From Clostridia bacterium (GTDB lineage: Bacteria; Bacillota; Clostridia; UBA1212; DUPL01), in assembly GCA_050951325.1 (NCBI GenBank), contig JBMNIW010000002.1, positions 1 through 64,000 of the forward strand: DNA of 64,000 bases. The letters are read 5' to 3'. The notes beneath the pieces are model-generated. The model saw nothing but the letters and a program-made list of their open reading frames with translations, was not told the DNA's origin and did no database searches. Position numbers and translations under genes: made by a program. Below are positions 30,168 through 41,122 of this stretch, in pieces. Each line of letters starts with the position of its first letter. Position 1 is the first letter of the stretch.

Positions 30168-30443
30168 CGGTAAAATGTAATTTTTATATAAATAACAGAT
30201 ATTTACATTTATGCAGTTTACGTCCAACATGAAATAATATAACTTAAACTACACTTGTCATACTTACAGTTATATCTTCGCCATATAGTTGTGGTACTTG
30301 ACACTTCAATAGTAATACAGATATATTAGAATCCTGTTTACTATATTTTTTAAAGAATTAGAGTTCAAGAGTGTATTTGCAACTGCATGCTCGAGAATAT
30401 TCGTGCCATTCTTGTTCATATCTGGAGATTAAAGGAGATTATT

Positions 30444-30998
30444 ATGGATAGAATTTTTGGATACATAAGTTACATGATGCCCTTTATGCTTATAGCTCTT
30501 GTTATTTACATAATTATAAGGTTAATAGTTGTTAAAAAGCGCAAGAAAAGGATAAGTATTAAGAGGGAAATACCATTAATGCTCTTTATATCCTATATCA
30601 CAGGATTATTGTCCATAACAGCTTTTCCAAAAGTAGTATTTAATGATGGAATACGATTGGTCGTAGGTCCTGGAAGTGTCAATTTGATTCCGTTTAGGAC
30701 AATTGTAACGTATTTTGACGAGAGATTCATAATCTTTGCGATATTGTTTGCAGGCAACATTGTCATGTTCATGCCTGTTGGCTTCTTTGTTCCGCTCATA
30801 TGGAAGAAAGGCCCTTTGTTTACCACAATGTGCGGTCTTTTATTTTCGCTGTTTATTGAAATTTCTCAACAGTTTGTAGTCAGAAATACGGATATTGATG
30901 ATCTGATTTTAAACACGTTTGGAGTATACTTAGGCTATTTACTTTATGCAGCTGCAAAGCATATAATTAACCGAAGCAAGAAAAGTGAGGAATTATGA
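30444..30998 (+). CDS. VanZ family membrane protein
   Basis: NLIPFRTI, GNIVMFMPVG, SLFIEISQ, RNTDIDDLILNTFG. Confidence 0.9.
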   Translation: MDRIFGYISYMMPFMLIALVIYIIIRLIVVKKRKKRISIKREIPLMLFISYITGLLSITAFPKVVFNDGIRLVVGPGSVNLIPFRTIVTYFDERFIIFAILFAGNIVMFMPVGFFVPLIWKKGPLFTTMCGLLFSLFIEISQQFVVRNTDIDDLILNTFGVYLGYLLYAAAKHIINRSKKSEEL

Positions 30999-32296
30999 GA
31001 TATTTATTAATAAGACCGAGATATAAAAACATACTGGCAAATCTGGAGCCTCTAGGACTGGAGTATGTGGGAGGTGTACTTAACGATCTCGAAAAAGAAC
31101 ACTTGATTTATGATGAGTTTTCACATATCAATCTGTTTAAGAAAACAAGATTAAGGAGAATTATAAAAAGCTTCAAGCCGGAGGTTGTTGGATTTACTGC
31201 ACATGTTAACACAGTGAACATAATTAACAAAATGGCATGTATAATAAAGAAGTTGAATCCAGACATTAGAATCATTGTTGGAGGCCCTCATGCAGAACTT
31301 AATTATGATGAGTTTTTCACACCTTGTATAGACTACATATTTACAGATAGTGACCTTTCAAGTTTTTATGTCGCTGCTGAAAACAATTTTAATCATGATG
31401 CAGTTACGAACTTGACAGGTGTGTGTTACAGGGAAAAAGGAGAATGGTTTGTAAATCCAAAATCAAAACCTGCAAGGGATTTCAACGCAAGACCTGACAG
31501 AACTCATTTTTATGAAAACATAAAAAAGAATTATTTAATAGGGAAGGGGAGGTATGCTCTTCTGAAAGCATCCTTTTCCTGTCCGTACGACTGTAATTTC
31601 TGCTATTGCTGCAAGATGAACCAGGGTGTGCATTCTGAAAGAAGTCTTGATGATGTTGTTAAAGAGATTAAAGATATTGCTAATGACAAGATTTGGATTG
31701 TTGATGATACATTTCTAACAAGTAGAAAAAGAGTAGAGGATTTTATAACAAGGATAAAAGAACAGGGTATAAGCAAAGAATTTATGGCTTATTCAAGAGT
31801 TGACTTTATAGTTCAGAACGAAGATTTGATGCCGCACCTATATGAAGCTGGTTTTAGAGATCTTTTGGTGGGTATTGAGACTTTTGATAAAGTTTATCTT
31901 GATAAGTACAACAAGAGAACAAGTGAGGATGTCAGTATTAAAGCTGCTGAAATCCTTGCAAAAAACAAAATTCTGTGCAATGGACTCTTTATTGTTGACC
32001 ATCGTTTTTCCAAACAGGATTTTAGAAATATGTATGATTTTATTCGGATGTCTAAGATATATTGGTGTGTTTTTGCAATTTTTACACCATTAAAGCACAC
32101 AAACATGTTCGATGAATTCAAGGACAGACTTGTAAATTACAAGCCTGAAAGGCTTGATTTCGTACATTTGGTTTTAAAGCCTGAGAAAATGTCAACATTT
32201 ATGTTTTATTTAAGGTTTTATTGGCTTAATGTAAAGTGTTATTTTCGATTGCTAGTATGTTATATTTTTAACAAAGAGGGAGTACGAAATGGGTAG
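30995..32296 (+). CDS. cobalamin-binding radical SAM enzyme
   Basis: LEPLGLEY N-terminus, IVGGPHA B12 domain, CPYDCNFC cluster motif, VDDTF, VGIE. Confidence 0.9.
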   Translation: MRYLLIRPRYKNILANLEPLGLEYVGGVLNDLEKEHLIYDEFSHINLFKKTRLRRIIKSFKPEVVGFTAHVNTVNIINKMACIIKKLNPDIRIIVGGPHAELNYDEFFTPCIDYIFTDSDLSSFYVAAENNFNHDAVTNLTGVCYREKGEWFVNPKSKPARDFNARPDRTHFYENIKKNYLIGKGRYALLKASFSCPYDCNFCYCCKMNQGVHSERSLDDVVKEIKDIANDKIWIVDDTFLTSRKRVEDFITRIKEQGISKEFMAYSRVDFIVQNEDLMPHLYEAGFRDLLVGIETFDKVYLDKYNKRTSEDVSIKAAEILAKNKILCNGLFIVDHRFSKQDFRNMYDFIRMSKIYWCVFAIFTPLKHTNMFDEFKDRLVNYKPERLDFVHLVLKPEKMSTFMFYLRFYWLNVKCYFRLLVCYIFNKEGVRNG

Positions 32297-32921
32297 GGGT
32301 GTAAAGGTTTGGGACAGATTGTCCGTCAAATATGATAGATTGTGGGTGCAAAAAAACTCTTTGGGACCAACTAGAAGAAAGGTTATTGAAGTGATAAAAG
32401 GACTTGAGGTTGGGGATTCTTTTAATCTGCTTGATGTTGGCTGCGGAACAGGACAGTTTATTGATGAAATAAAGTATGAGTTTGAGAATGTCAAAACCTT
32501 TGGCATGGATTATTCAGAAGGAATGCTTCAGGAAGCAAGGAACAAAAACAATGATACAAGTTATTTTAGAGGGAATATTTGTGCATCAATACCAAAAGAG
32601 TTTATAGAACCTGAAAGCATTGACATTGTAACATGCATGCATTCATTTCCATATTATCCAGACAAGGCGGGTGCATTGATGAATATAAAAGCCATATTGA
32701 AAACTGGCGGATATGCAATCTTTTGTTCAGCCTCTGTAAACTGTTTGTATGAAAAGTTTGTTATGTGGTTTGTTGGGAAAACCGCCTCCGATGCCGAATA
32801 TTTATCAAAAAATGATATGAGAGGGCTTTTGGCAAAAGAATTTGTCCTGGTTGATGAGTTTAATATTAAGAAAAGATTCTTTATGCCTACAATTTGTGGC
32901 TTTTTGGTCAGAAAGATATGA
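32289..32921 (+). CDS. class I SAM-dependent methyltransferase
   Basis: LLDVGCGTG, GMDYSEGML, HSFPYYPD, LKTGG. Confidence 0.9.
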   Translation: MGRGVKVWDRLSVKYDRLWVQKNSLGPTRRKVIEVIKGLEVGDSFNLLDVGCGTGQFIDEIKYEFENVKTFGMDYSEGMLQEARNKNNDTSYFRGNICASIPKEFIEPESIDIVTCMHSFPYYPDKAGALMNIKAILKTGGYAIFCSASVNCLYEKFVMWFVGKTASDAEYLSKNDMRGLLAKEFVLVDEFNIKKRFFMPTICGFLVRKI

Positions 32922-33008
32922 AAATGTTGGTTTAGCATTATACTGTAGGAGGGTTTTGTTGTATAATATAAACAAGTGTTAATGACTGTGTAGACGGGAT
33001 GTGATTCT

Positions 33009-36000
33009 ATGACCAAAAAGGTTTTAACTATCCTTATTATTATCTGCATATTTAGTTTACAGTTGTCTGTAGGTGTATTTGCAGAAAGAGACCATATGGC
33101 GGATACATGGGTTGGAAATGATGCTCTCGGCAGAAGGCTTCCAACAAATGAGCAGGTTGGTGACAGAAAGGAAGAGAAATATGTGGGAATCTTCTATTTC
33201 CTGTTCATGAATGCTGAACAAGGCAGAATTCTGGACCACTCGAAGGTCTTTGCAGAAGATGGCGTTGAAGCTGTATGGGATGTCCTGGTACAAGACGGTA
33301 TGCACATGTGGGGCGGCCCTTATTTTGGCTACTACAAGAATACAGATGAATGGATTTACAGAAAACATGCGCAGATGCTTGTTGATGCAGGCATAGATTT
33401 TGTATTTCTAGACACTACAAACGACGGCGGACTATTTCCTCATGCATGGCAAATCCTATTGGATACCTGGGCGGAAATCCGTGAAGAAGGCGGAATGACT
33501 CCTTATGTGGTATTCCATTGTGGCGTAAATGCGCCAACCATGAAATCCCACATGCCTACCATATTCAAAGCATACCAGAATCCCAAATACAATGACTTGT
33601 GGTTCAGGTGGGAAGGAAAACCCTTGATTCTAGGAGACTATACAATGCTAGAACAAAAGTACCTTGATTTCTTTACTCTCAGAGAATCCTGGGCATTCAA
33701 TGGCTGGACTGGTGATGGTAAAGGAAAATGGCCATGGATAGCGGAAGTTCCTCAAGAGCCTGGTAGAAGTTTTGATGGTGTGATTGAGCAGATTGTTGTT
33801 TGTGCGGGATATCATTCAAATTCATCAAAAGGCAGAAGTTTTTCCAAAGAAAAACAGCCTTTAACTGGCAGATTGGATTTTGGATTCTCTTTAGATGATA
33901 CGGATAAAGGAATTGCTTTTGATGAACAGTGGAAACAGGTATTCAAGGTGGATCCCAAGGTTGTCATGATTACTGGCTGGAATGAATGGACCATGGGCAG
34001 ATGGGAAAATGCGGGCCTTGGCCAGAAAATCTCCGGTACATACACTCTAACTGAGAATGACCTAATGTTCATGAACAACTATGTGGACTGTTTCAATGTG
34101 GAGTATTCAAGAGACATAGAGCCTATGAATGGTTTTCATGGCGATAACTATTACTATCAAATGGCTTCATACATAAGAAAGTTCAAAGGAGCAAGACCAA
34201 TACCCATGGGGACAGGAAGCAAAGTTATTAATGACCTAAAGGATTTATCTGTGTGGGATTCCATTGGTCCTGAGTTTTATGACACAAAAAATGACATAGC
34301 ACACAGAGATCATCCATCCGTTTGTGGTTTGTTCCATTATGAGAACCAGACAGGAAGAAACGATATTGAATACATTAAAGTATCCAAGGAGGCTGGAAAA
34401 ACATATTTCATGATAAAATGTGTCGACGATATCATAGTTGACATGGAAGGCGAAAACTGGATGAACCTGTTTATTGACAGCGACAGATATTATGGCACCG
34501 GATGGAATGGTTATGACTATGTAATAAATCGGTCCAGGGATGGCAAAACCATGACTGTTGAAAGATTTGTCAATAATGACTGGAAGTTTGAAAAAGCTGG
34601 CACTGCTGAATATGCTTTGAATGGAAAGACCCTTGTTATTGAGGTCGATGATTCTTTGATTGGACTTTCTGACAGGGATGACTTTGACTTCAAATGTGCC
34701 GACAATTCAACAATTACTGGTGAAGCCATGGAGTTCATGGATTTAGGAGATGCCGCTCCTAATGGCAGGTTCAACTTCAGATACATGAAAGAAGGCGGCA
34801 GAATAAAGGGTGACGGTACGGGAGATGCAACTTCTTCCTCCAGCTTAAACAATACAACAATTGGAGTTATTATATTGGCTTCTTGTGTGCTTGTTTCTGT
34901 TTTTGGTGTTATTGTGGCTATTAGAATTATGCAAAAAAGAAACATCAAGCCTAAGAACCTGGTAGTTGCATTAGTATTTGTCATATACATGTCCTCCACA
35001 ATGTTTTACAACCAATCGCATGCATTGTTCTCAAGCAAGGATTTGGTTCTTGTGGTAAAAAAGGATATATCCGAGTATGGAAATCATAAATTGCAGAAAG
35101 AAGTCATAAATGAGTATGTAGAAGCATTTAACAAGATAAATCCGAAGATAAAGGTAAAAGTCAAGTATGTGAACGACTTTAACGGCAACCTTAATGATGG
35201 AGATGTCCTACTTATAAACGCCACCACTGCATCGGACTTCATGGCCGCAAAGAAATACGACAAAACTGATAATTCAAGCAAGCTTCTTGATTTGACAAAG
35301 TATCTGGACAACACAGAGAATATGCTTGAACCAGCTTTAAGACTTGGCCAATTGGATGGCAGACAGTATTGGATACCTGTAAACTATGACCGTACAGTTG
35401 TATATATTGACAAGAGTGTGTTTGATATGAGGGGTAAAGGAATCCCATCCAAAGACTGGACTTATGACGAATTCAAACAGCTGGTACATGACCTTACTTT
35501 CTCTGAGAAAGGTAATAGATACACAGGTGTTTACCTCAATCACCATCAGATGAATGTATGGAGACTGTTTGCAGAAGGCTTTGGAGGTTCAATGTATAAC
35601 AGCGATGCTAAAATGATTGAGCTTTCAAAAGGCAAAGCAGTAGAAGGACTTTCTGAAATGTTCTTGTTTCTTGAGGATGGATACGCCAAAGGTCTTGGGT
35701 TTAATACCAAAGGCTCCGACAGGTCAAACAGTGCCATGTCCATTGCATTTGCATTTCAACCACAAAGAAATGGAAGATATTTACTATCAGATGAAGAGTT
35801 CAGGTCAAATCCTGCAACAAAATCACTAGTTGACAAGGATAATATAGTAATTTTGCCTTTGCCTGAATTTCCAGAAGGAAGAATTGGTACGACCAATGCG
35901 GATTTCTGTATTGGCTTTGCTGTAAACAAATCTGCAAAGAACAAAGATAATGCAGCGAGGCTTGCAAAATTTGCATTGACAGAGCAAGGACAAAAAATAC

Positions 36001-36311
36001 TGAATAAATACTATGGTGGAATTCCTGCAAACAAGAGTACATGGAATGATGATTACTGGAAGAAAGGTTTGCAAGGAGATTTTGTTGAAAATATTCTATA
36101 CGGAATTGAGAATGACAAGAGAAATGATTTCTTTGAGTTGTATGTAGAAACTGAAGATCCATATTACTACGCATTGCGCACAAGAGTTTTTTATACATGT
36201 TATATGAATAGAGATTACGAGAGAATTCAAAAGAGACCTTCAGGAAACTTCAAACAATACCTTGAAAGGTTTGAAAAGGATATAAACAAGATGATTGGCC
36301 AAATTACTTAA
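33009..36311 (+). CDS. fusion of a secreted glycoside-hydrolase-like domain, two TM helices and a sugar ABC solute-binding domain (1100 aa)
   Basis: Signal peptide; HAQMLVDAGIDFVFLDTTN, ITGWNEW, YSRDIEP (GH99/GH71-like barrel); two hydrophobic helices near aa 620-670; LLDLTKY, QYWIPVN, PSKDWTYDEF solute-binding motifs. Confidence 0.75.
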   Translation: MTKKVLTILIIICIFSLQLSVGVFAERDHMADTWVGNDALGRRLPTNEQVGDRKEEKYVGIFYFLFMNAEQGRILDHSKVFAEDGVEAVWDVLVQDGMHMWGGPYFGYYKNTDEWIYRKHAQMLVDAGIDFVFLDTTNDGGLFPHAWQILLDTWAEIREEGGMTPYVVFHCGVNAPTMKSHMPTIFKAYQNPKYNDLWFRWEGKPLILGDYTMLEQKYLDFFTLRESWAFNGWTGDGKGKWPWIAEVPQEPGRSFDGVIEQIVVCAGYHSNSSKGRSFSKEKQPLTGRLDFGFSLDDTDKGIAFDEQWKQVFKVDPKVVMITGWNEWTMGRWENAGLGQKISGTYTLTENDLMFMNNYVDCFNVEYSRDIEPMNGFHGDNYYYQMASYIRKFKGARPIPMGTGSKVINDLKDLSVWDSIGPEFYDTKNDIAHRDHPSVCGLFHYENQTGRNDIEYIKVSKEAGKTYFMIKCVDDIIVDMEGENWMNLFIDSDRYYGTGWNGYDYVINRSRDGKTMTVERFVNNDWKFEKAGTAEYALNGKTLVIEVDDSLIGLSDRDDFDFKCADNSTITGEAMEFMDLGDAAPNGRFNFRYMKEGGRIKGDGTGDATSSSSLNNTTIGVIILASCVLVSVFGVIVAIRIMQKRNIKPKNLVVALVFVIYMSSTMFYNQSHALFSSKDLVLVVKKDISEYGNHKLQKEVINEYVEAFNKINPKIKVKVKYVNDFNGNLNDGDVLLINATTASDFMAAKKYDKTDNSSKLLDLTKYLDNTENMLEPALRLGQLDGRQYWIPVNYDRTVVYIDKSVFDMRGKGIPSKDWTYDEFKQLVHDLTFSEKGNRYTGVYLNHHQMNVWRLFAEGFGGSMYNSDAKMIELSKGKAVEGLSEMFLFLEDGYAKGLGFNTKGSDRSNSAMSIAFAFQPQRNGRYLLSDEEFRSNPATKSLVDKDNIVILPLPEFPEGRIGTTNADFCIGFAVNKSAKNKDNAARLAKFALTEQGQKILNKYYGGIPANKSTWNDDYWKKGLQGDFVENILYGIENDKRNDFFELYVETEDPYYYALRTRVFYTCYMNRDYERIQKRPSGNFKQYLERFEKDINKMIGQIT

Positions 36312-36331
36312 AATTTGGCCTTTTTAGAGCA

Positions 36332-36365
36332 CACATTGAACAAAATTATTATTTTGTTCAATGTG
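36332..36365. terminator. bidirectional terminator between convergent genes
   Basis: CACATTGAACAAAAT / ATTTTGTTCAATGTG. Confidence 0.7.
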
Positions 36366-36379
36366 CTATCTCTAACCTA

Positions 36380-37165
36380 TCAGATATTAATCTGTACAGG
36401 ATTCCTGTTTTCGTAATATGTAATTTTATCAAAACCACAAAGTTTAATCTTTTCAATTGTAGAATTAAAATGGCGACACAAATACTCCTGGTTGTGAGCA
36501 TCGGATCCAAGTGTCACATACCTTCCACCCAGTTCTTTAAATCTTTTTAGAATATCAAAATCAAATGGATGTACATCTATACCTGATGTATTAATCTCAA
36601 AAGCCTTATCCTTGCTAACTAAATAGTTTAGTATTCTGTCTATCTTTTCTTTGTTTTCATGATAATATATTCCGTTATCTTCAAATGGTGTGTATCTTTT
36701 TAAATAGTCTATATGACCCATGGTATCAAATATATTAAATGAAGTAATGTTTTCATATATGATGTCAAAGTATTCATCCAGGGCATCCTGCTTTTTTGTG
36801 TTTTCGTTATACAGCTGTCTGTAATATGGATCGATACCTCTTATGAGGTGTGTAGAACCGATAATATAGTCAAAGGGATAAACCTTAATCGCATTCTTAA
36901 TCTTGTCGGATATGTTGGACTGTATGCCAACTTCAATGCCAATAAGGATTTTTATTTTGTCCTTGTATTTCTCTTTTAACTCTGACAGCTCGTTGAAATA
37001 CTCATCAATATCAAAATGCATTATGATGCCATCCTGATATTCTAGATCATAATGGTCTGTAAATGTGATGGCATCTAGCCCCAAATCAATTGCTTTTAAA
37101 ATAAAAGAGAGCGGATTCGTTTCCGAATCCGTAGAAAATCTCGAGTGTATGTGTGTATCAATCAT
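36380..37165 (-). CDS. PHP-family histidinol-phosphatase (HisJ/HisK type)
   Basis: DTHIHS, FTDH, GIEVG, GSTH, GHID, EINTS, GSDAH. Confidence 0.88.
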   Translation of the reverse strand: MIDTHIHSRFSTDSETNPLSFILKAIDLGLDAITFTDHYDLEYQDGIIMHFDIDEYFNELSELKEKYKDKIKILIGIEVGIQSNISDKIKNAIKVYPFDYIIGSTHLIRGIDPYYRQLYNENTKKQDALDEYFDIIYENITSFNIFDTMGHIDYLKRYTPFEDNGIYYHENKEKIDRILNYLVSKDKAFEINTSGIDVHPFDFDILKRFKELGGRYVTLGSDAHNQEYLCRHFNSTIEKIKLCGFDKITYYENRNPVQINI

Positions 37166-39833
37166 ATGCTTTACCTTTCAATTTTTCTAGTTTATTTGTG
37201 AAAAATTTAACTATCTCTACAATAAATATAATTGATGCTGAAAGTCCTAACACAATCAACCACTGGCTCAGGTTCAAGGATGTTACCTTGAATATTTTCT
37301 GTATAGGTTCTACAAGCAGTACTACTAACATGCTTATGGCTGAAATTGCAACTGCTCCCAAGAGTTTTGGATTGTTAACCAGATTGGTTTTGAAAATAGA
37401 AGCCTTTATACTCTTAAGGTTGAATACATGGAACAGCTGTGAGAATGCCAATACTGCAAATGACATTGTCTGTCCTACTTGTGTTAATCCAGTTGTTCTG
37501 TATGCAATCTGGTAAGCCACTAGCGTAAGCATTCCTACAGAAACACCCTGATAGAGCAATCTGGCGAAAGAAGCTTTAGTAAAGATTGGACTGTTAAAAG
37601 GAAGAGGTTTTCTCTTCATAATCCCCTTCTCTGCCGGCTCAATTCCCAAAGCCAAAGCAGGCAGGCTGTCCGTTACAAGGTTTACCCACAATATCTGAAT
37701 TGCAATAAGTGGCTGTTCTCCGCCAAATGCTTTTAAGAAGATTGTAGCGGTAAACAGTGCAACAATCTCTCCTATATTACACGACAACAAGAAGTATACT
37801 GCTCTTAATATGTTGTCGAATATGCGTCTGCCTTCTTCAACTGCTGCAACTATTGTTGCAAAATTGTCATCGGTAAGAACCATGTCTGCGGCTTCCTTGG
37901 CAACTTCAGTACCGGTAATACCCATTGCACAACCAATGTCGGCGGATTTCAATGCAGGAGCATCATTTACCCCGTCTCCCGTCATGGCGACAATATGGCC
38001 CTTTTCTTTCCACGCATTGACAATTCTAACCTTGTGTTCAGGAGCTACTCTTGAATATACACTTATATTCTCAACCTTTTCTTGAAGCTCTTCATCACTT
38101 ATGGTATTCAGTTCGGAGCCTTCAATGGCCATTTCGCCCTCATTCAAAATTTCAAGATCCTTTGCAATGGCGACTGCAGTAGTCTTGTGATCTCCGGTTA
38201 TCATAATAGGCTTTATGCCTGCTGTTTTGCATTTCTTTACAGCTTCCTTTGCTTCTGGTCTTGGAGGATCTATCATACCTAACAGGCCTATGAATACAAG
38301 GTTCTTCTCAATACCTTCATCACTTTCAGGTGCAACATCAATATCTTTGCAAGCAAGAGCAAGTACTCTTAAAGCCATGGAAGCAAGTTCCTCGTTTGCC
38401 TGATAGATTCTTTCCTTTTCTTCTTCGGAAAGATTGCATTTTGCAAGCAAAACGTCAACTGCGCCTTTTGTATATACCCTAAGGCCTCCATTATCAGATT
38501 TACATACAACGGACATAAGTTTTCTGTCTGAATCAAAAGGCACTTCGTAAATGCGTTGATACTCGTTGTCAAGGTTACGTTTGTCAAGTCCTACCTTGAG
38601 ACCCAAATCAATCAATGCTGTTTCAGTGGGATCCCCTATAAGATTGAGCCCTTCGCCATTGTTTGAAATCTTGGAGTCGTTGCAAAGAATAGATGTGAGA
38701 ATTACTTGTTTGAAAGTATCATCAGAAAGCAGTTCTTCCGTGTTCTCCGCATCCATGGTTTTTCCGTTGGCCCAGAGCTTGACTACTGTCATTTTGTTCT
38801 GAGTAAGGGTTCCGGTCTTGTCTGAGCATATTATACTGGTTGAACCCAAAGTCTCAACAGAGGGAAGATTTCGCATGATTGCGTTTCTCTCAACCATCTT
38901 TTTAACGCCCATGGCAAGCACTATTGTGGAGATGGCTGGAAGTCCTTCAGGTATGGCTGCTACAGCAAGGCTTACTGAAACCATGAACATTTCCATTAAG
39001 CCCTTGTCATTCAATACTCCAATACCAAACATAACTACACAGATAATCAATGCTGCTATGCCCAGGTATCTTCCAAGCTGATTAAGTTTTCTCTGCAGTG
39101 GTGTTTCCCTGCTTTCGACATTCATCAGCATGCTTGCAATCTTGCCAACCTCTGTCTCCATTCCAGTGCCGGTAACAATGCCAGTGCCTCTACCATAAGT
39201 AACAAGACAACTGGCATAAGCCATGTTTATTCTGTCACCAAGCGGTGTTTCCTTGCCATCTTGTGCTTCGTTGAAAACAACAGTTGCATCCTTGTCAACA
39301 GGAACACTTTCACCAGTCAATGCCGCTTCCTGCACTTTAAGGTTGAAGGATTCAATTAGTCTCAAATCCGCAGGAATCAAATCACCGGTTTCAAGAATAA
39401 CAACATCACCAGGAACAAGCTCAGTAGATGGCAATACCATGCTCTGTCCGTTCCTCAAAACCTTTGTTGTGGGTGATGAAAGCTTTTGCAATGCAGCAAG
39501 TGATTTTTCAGCATTAAACTCCTGTACAACCCCTATGACTGCATTCAATATTACAATCAGGAGTATGATTATGGATTCCGCCACATCTCTTGTCACAACA
39601 AATGAAATTATTGCTGCAACTATAAGAACTACTATCATGAAGTCCTTGAACTGGGCTGCAAACATGGAAAAAATGCTCTTTTTCTTCCCTTTTTCCATCT
39701 CGTTTGACCCGTATTTCTCAAGCCTGATTTGCACTTCTTTGTCGTCAAGACCATGTTCTATGGATGTACCAAGAAGTTTTTCTGTTTCTTCCACGGAAAT
39801 CTGATGCCAATGCTGTTTTTTAGAAACGTTCAT
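37158..39833 (-). CDS. P-type IIA cation (Ca2+)-transporting ATPase
   Basis: LTGES, IPEGLP, DKTGTLT, KGA, DPPR, TGD, GDGVNDAP. Confidence 0.95.
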   Translation of the reverse strand: MNVSKKQHWHQISVEETEKLLGTSIEHGLDDKEVQIRLEKYGSNEMEKGKKKSIFSMFAAQFKDFMIVVLIVAAIISFVVTRDVAESIIILLIVILNAVIGVVQEFNAEKSLAALQKLSSPTTKVLRNGQSMVLPSTELVPGDVVILETGDLIPADLRLIESFNLKVQEAALTGESVPVDKDATVVFNEAQDGKETPLGDRINMAYASCLVTYGRGTGIVTGTGMETEVGKIASMLMNVESRETPLQRKLNQLGRYLGIAALIICVVMFGIGVLNDKGLMEMFMVSVSLAVAAIPEGLPAISTIVLAMGVKKMVERNAIMRNLPSVETLGSTSIICSDKTGTLTQNKMTVVKLWANGKTMDAENTEELLSDDTFKQVILTSILCNDSKISNNGEGLNLIGDPTETALIDLGLKVGLDKRNLDNEYQRIYEVPFDSDRKLMSVVCKSDNGGLRVYTKGAVDVLLAKCNLSEEEKERIYQANEELASMALRVLALACKDIDVAPESDEGIEKNLVFIGLLGMIDPPRPEAKEAVKKCKTAGIKPIMITGDHKTTAVAIAKDLEILNEGEMAIEGSELNTISDEELQEKVENISVYSRVAPEHKVRIVNAWKEKGHIVAMTGDGVNDAPALKSADIGCAMGITGTEVAKEAADMVLTDDNFATIVAAVEEGRRIFDNILRAVYFLLSCNIGEIVALFTATIFLKAFGGEQPLIAIQILWVNLVTDSLPALALGIEPAEKGIMKRKPLPFNSPIFTKASFARLLYQGVSVGMLTLVAYQIAYRTTGLTQVGQTMSFAVLAFSQLFHVFNLKSIKASIFKTNLVNNPKLLGAVAISAISMLVVLLVEPIQKIFKVTSLNLSQWLIVLGLSASIIFIVEIVKFFTNKLEKLKGKAYD

Positions 39834-39866
39834 TATGGGTAGATTCTCCTTTTATTTAGTTTTATT

Positions 39867-41096
39867 TTACCTTACGTAAACGCGATGATATGTCTTTTTG
39901 CCCTTTCTAATCAATACTCCGTCGCCCTCAAGTTGGTCTAACGGTATAGCATAATCAAAACTTGGAACCTTTTCATCGTTTACGTAAACACCACCTTGTT
40001 TTACAAGTCGTCTACCTTCTGTTTTTGAGGGTATCAGACCAGACTCAAGAAGAGCGTCCAGGATTGGCAGTGCGCCGTCTGTCAGCAGGCTTCCATCAAT
40101 TTCTGTAGATGGAATGTTCTCGCTGTCCTTGCTTCCCCCAAACAGGGACTCAGCAGCACTCCTTGCCTTTTCTGCTTCCTCTTCTCCATGGACCATTTTG
40201 GTGACTTCGTAAGCGAGTCTGGCCTTGGCCTGATTTATCTCACTACCTTCAAGCTTTTCCATTTCTCTTATTTCATCCAAAGGAACGAAGGTTAGCATTT
40301 TCAAACATTTTATGACATCCGCGTCGTCGACATTGCGCAAATACTGATACAACTCAAATGGTGGAGTCTTTTCCTTGTCCAGCCAGACTGCGCCTTTTAC
40401 AGTCTTGCCCATCTTTACGCCTTCGCTGTTTGTAAGCAGCTTGAAAGTGACGCCAAATGCTTCAGCGCCTTCAACCCTGCGTATAAGTTCAACACCACCT
40501 ATTATATTGGACCACTGATCGTCTCCTCCAAACTCAAACCTGCATCCGTAATCCTGATACAGTTTTAAAAAGTCATAGCTCTGCATGAGCATGTAGTTGA
40601 ACTCTATGAAATTGAGGCCCTTTTCCAGTCTCTGCTTGAAGCATTCTGCAGCCAGCATTCTGTTGACTGAAAAATGAACGCCGATATCTCTCAGAAATTC
40701 CACATAGTTCAACTTAAGTAACCAGTCGGCATTGTTGACCATTATTGCCTTTCCTTCGCCAAAGTCGAGAAATCTTGACAACTGGCTCTTAATGCTTTCC
40801 ACATTATGGGCAAGCTCCTCGTCCGTGAGCATTCTTCTCATGTCGGTTTTTCCGGACGGATCCCCGATCTTACCGGTTCCTCCGCCAACAAGAGCAATCG
40901 GCCTATGCCCTGCCCTCTGCATGTGGACCATAACCATGATTTGGACAAAATGCCCTATGTGGAGACTGTCAGCAGTAGGATCAAAACCAATATAGAAAGA
41001 TACCTTCTCATTTTCGAGAATCTCTCTTACCTTTTCCTCGTTTGTACATTGTGCAATGATCTCTCGCTCGACCAAAGTGTCATAAACGTTTGACAT
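39867..41096 (-). CDS. tyrS: tyrosine--tRNA ligase
   Basis: [25 protein letters not shown]-terminal S4 domain. Confidence 0.97.
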   Translation of the reverse strand: MSNVYDTLVEREIIAQCTNEEKVREILENEKVSFYIGFDPTADSLHIGHFVQIMVMVHMQRAGHRPIALVGGGTGKIGDPSGKTDMRRMLTDEELAHNVESIKSQLSRFLDFGEGKAIMVNNADWLLKLNYVEFLRDIGVHFSVNRMLAAECFKQRLEKGLNFIEFNYMLMQSYDFLKLYQDYGCRFEFGGDDQWSNIIGGVELIRRVEGAEAFGVTFKLLTNSEGVKMGKTVKGAVWLDKEKTPPFELYQYLRNVDDADVIKCLKMLTFVPLDEIREMEKLEGSEINQAKARLAYEVTKMVHGEEEAEKARSAAESLFGGSKDSENIPSTEIDGSLLTDGALPILDALLESGLIPSKTEGRRLVKQGGVYVNDEKVPSFDYAIPLDQLEGDGVLIRKGKKTYHRVYVR

Positions 41097-41122
41097 TTCA
41101 AACCTCCGTTCAATTGTTTATG

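Noticed and set aside
30257-30292. Sporulation sigma-E-like promoter upstream of vanZ
   Set aside because: Spacing is longer than consensus and such motifs arise easily in AT-rich DNA
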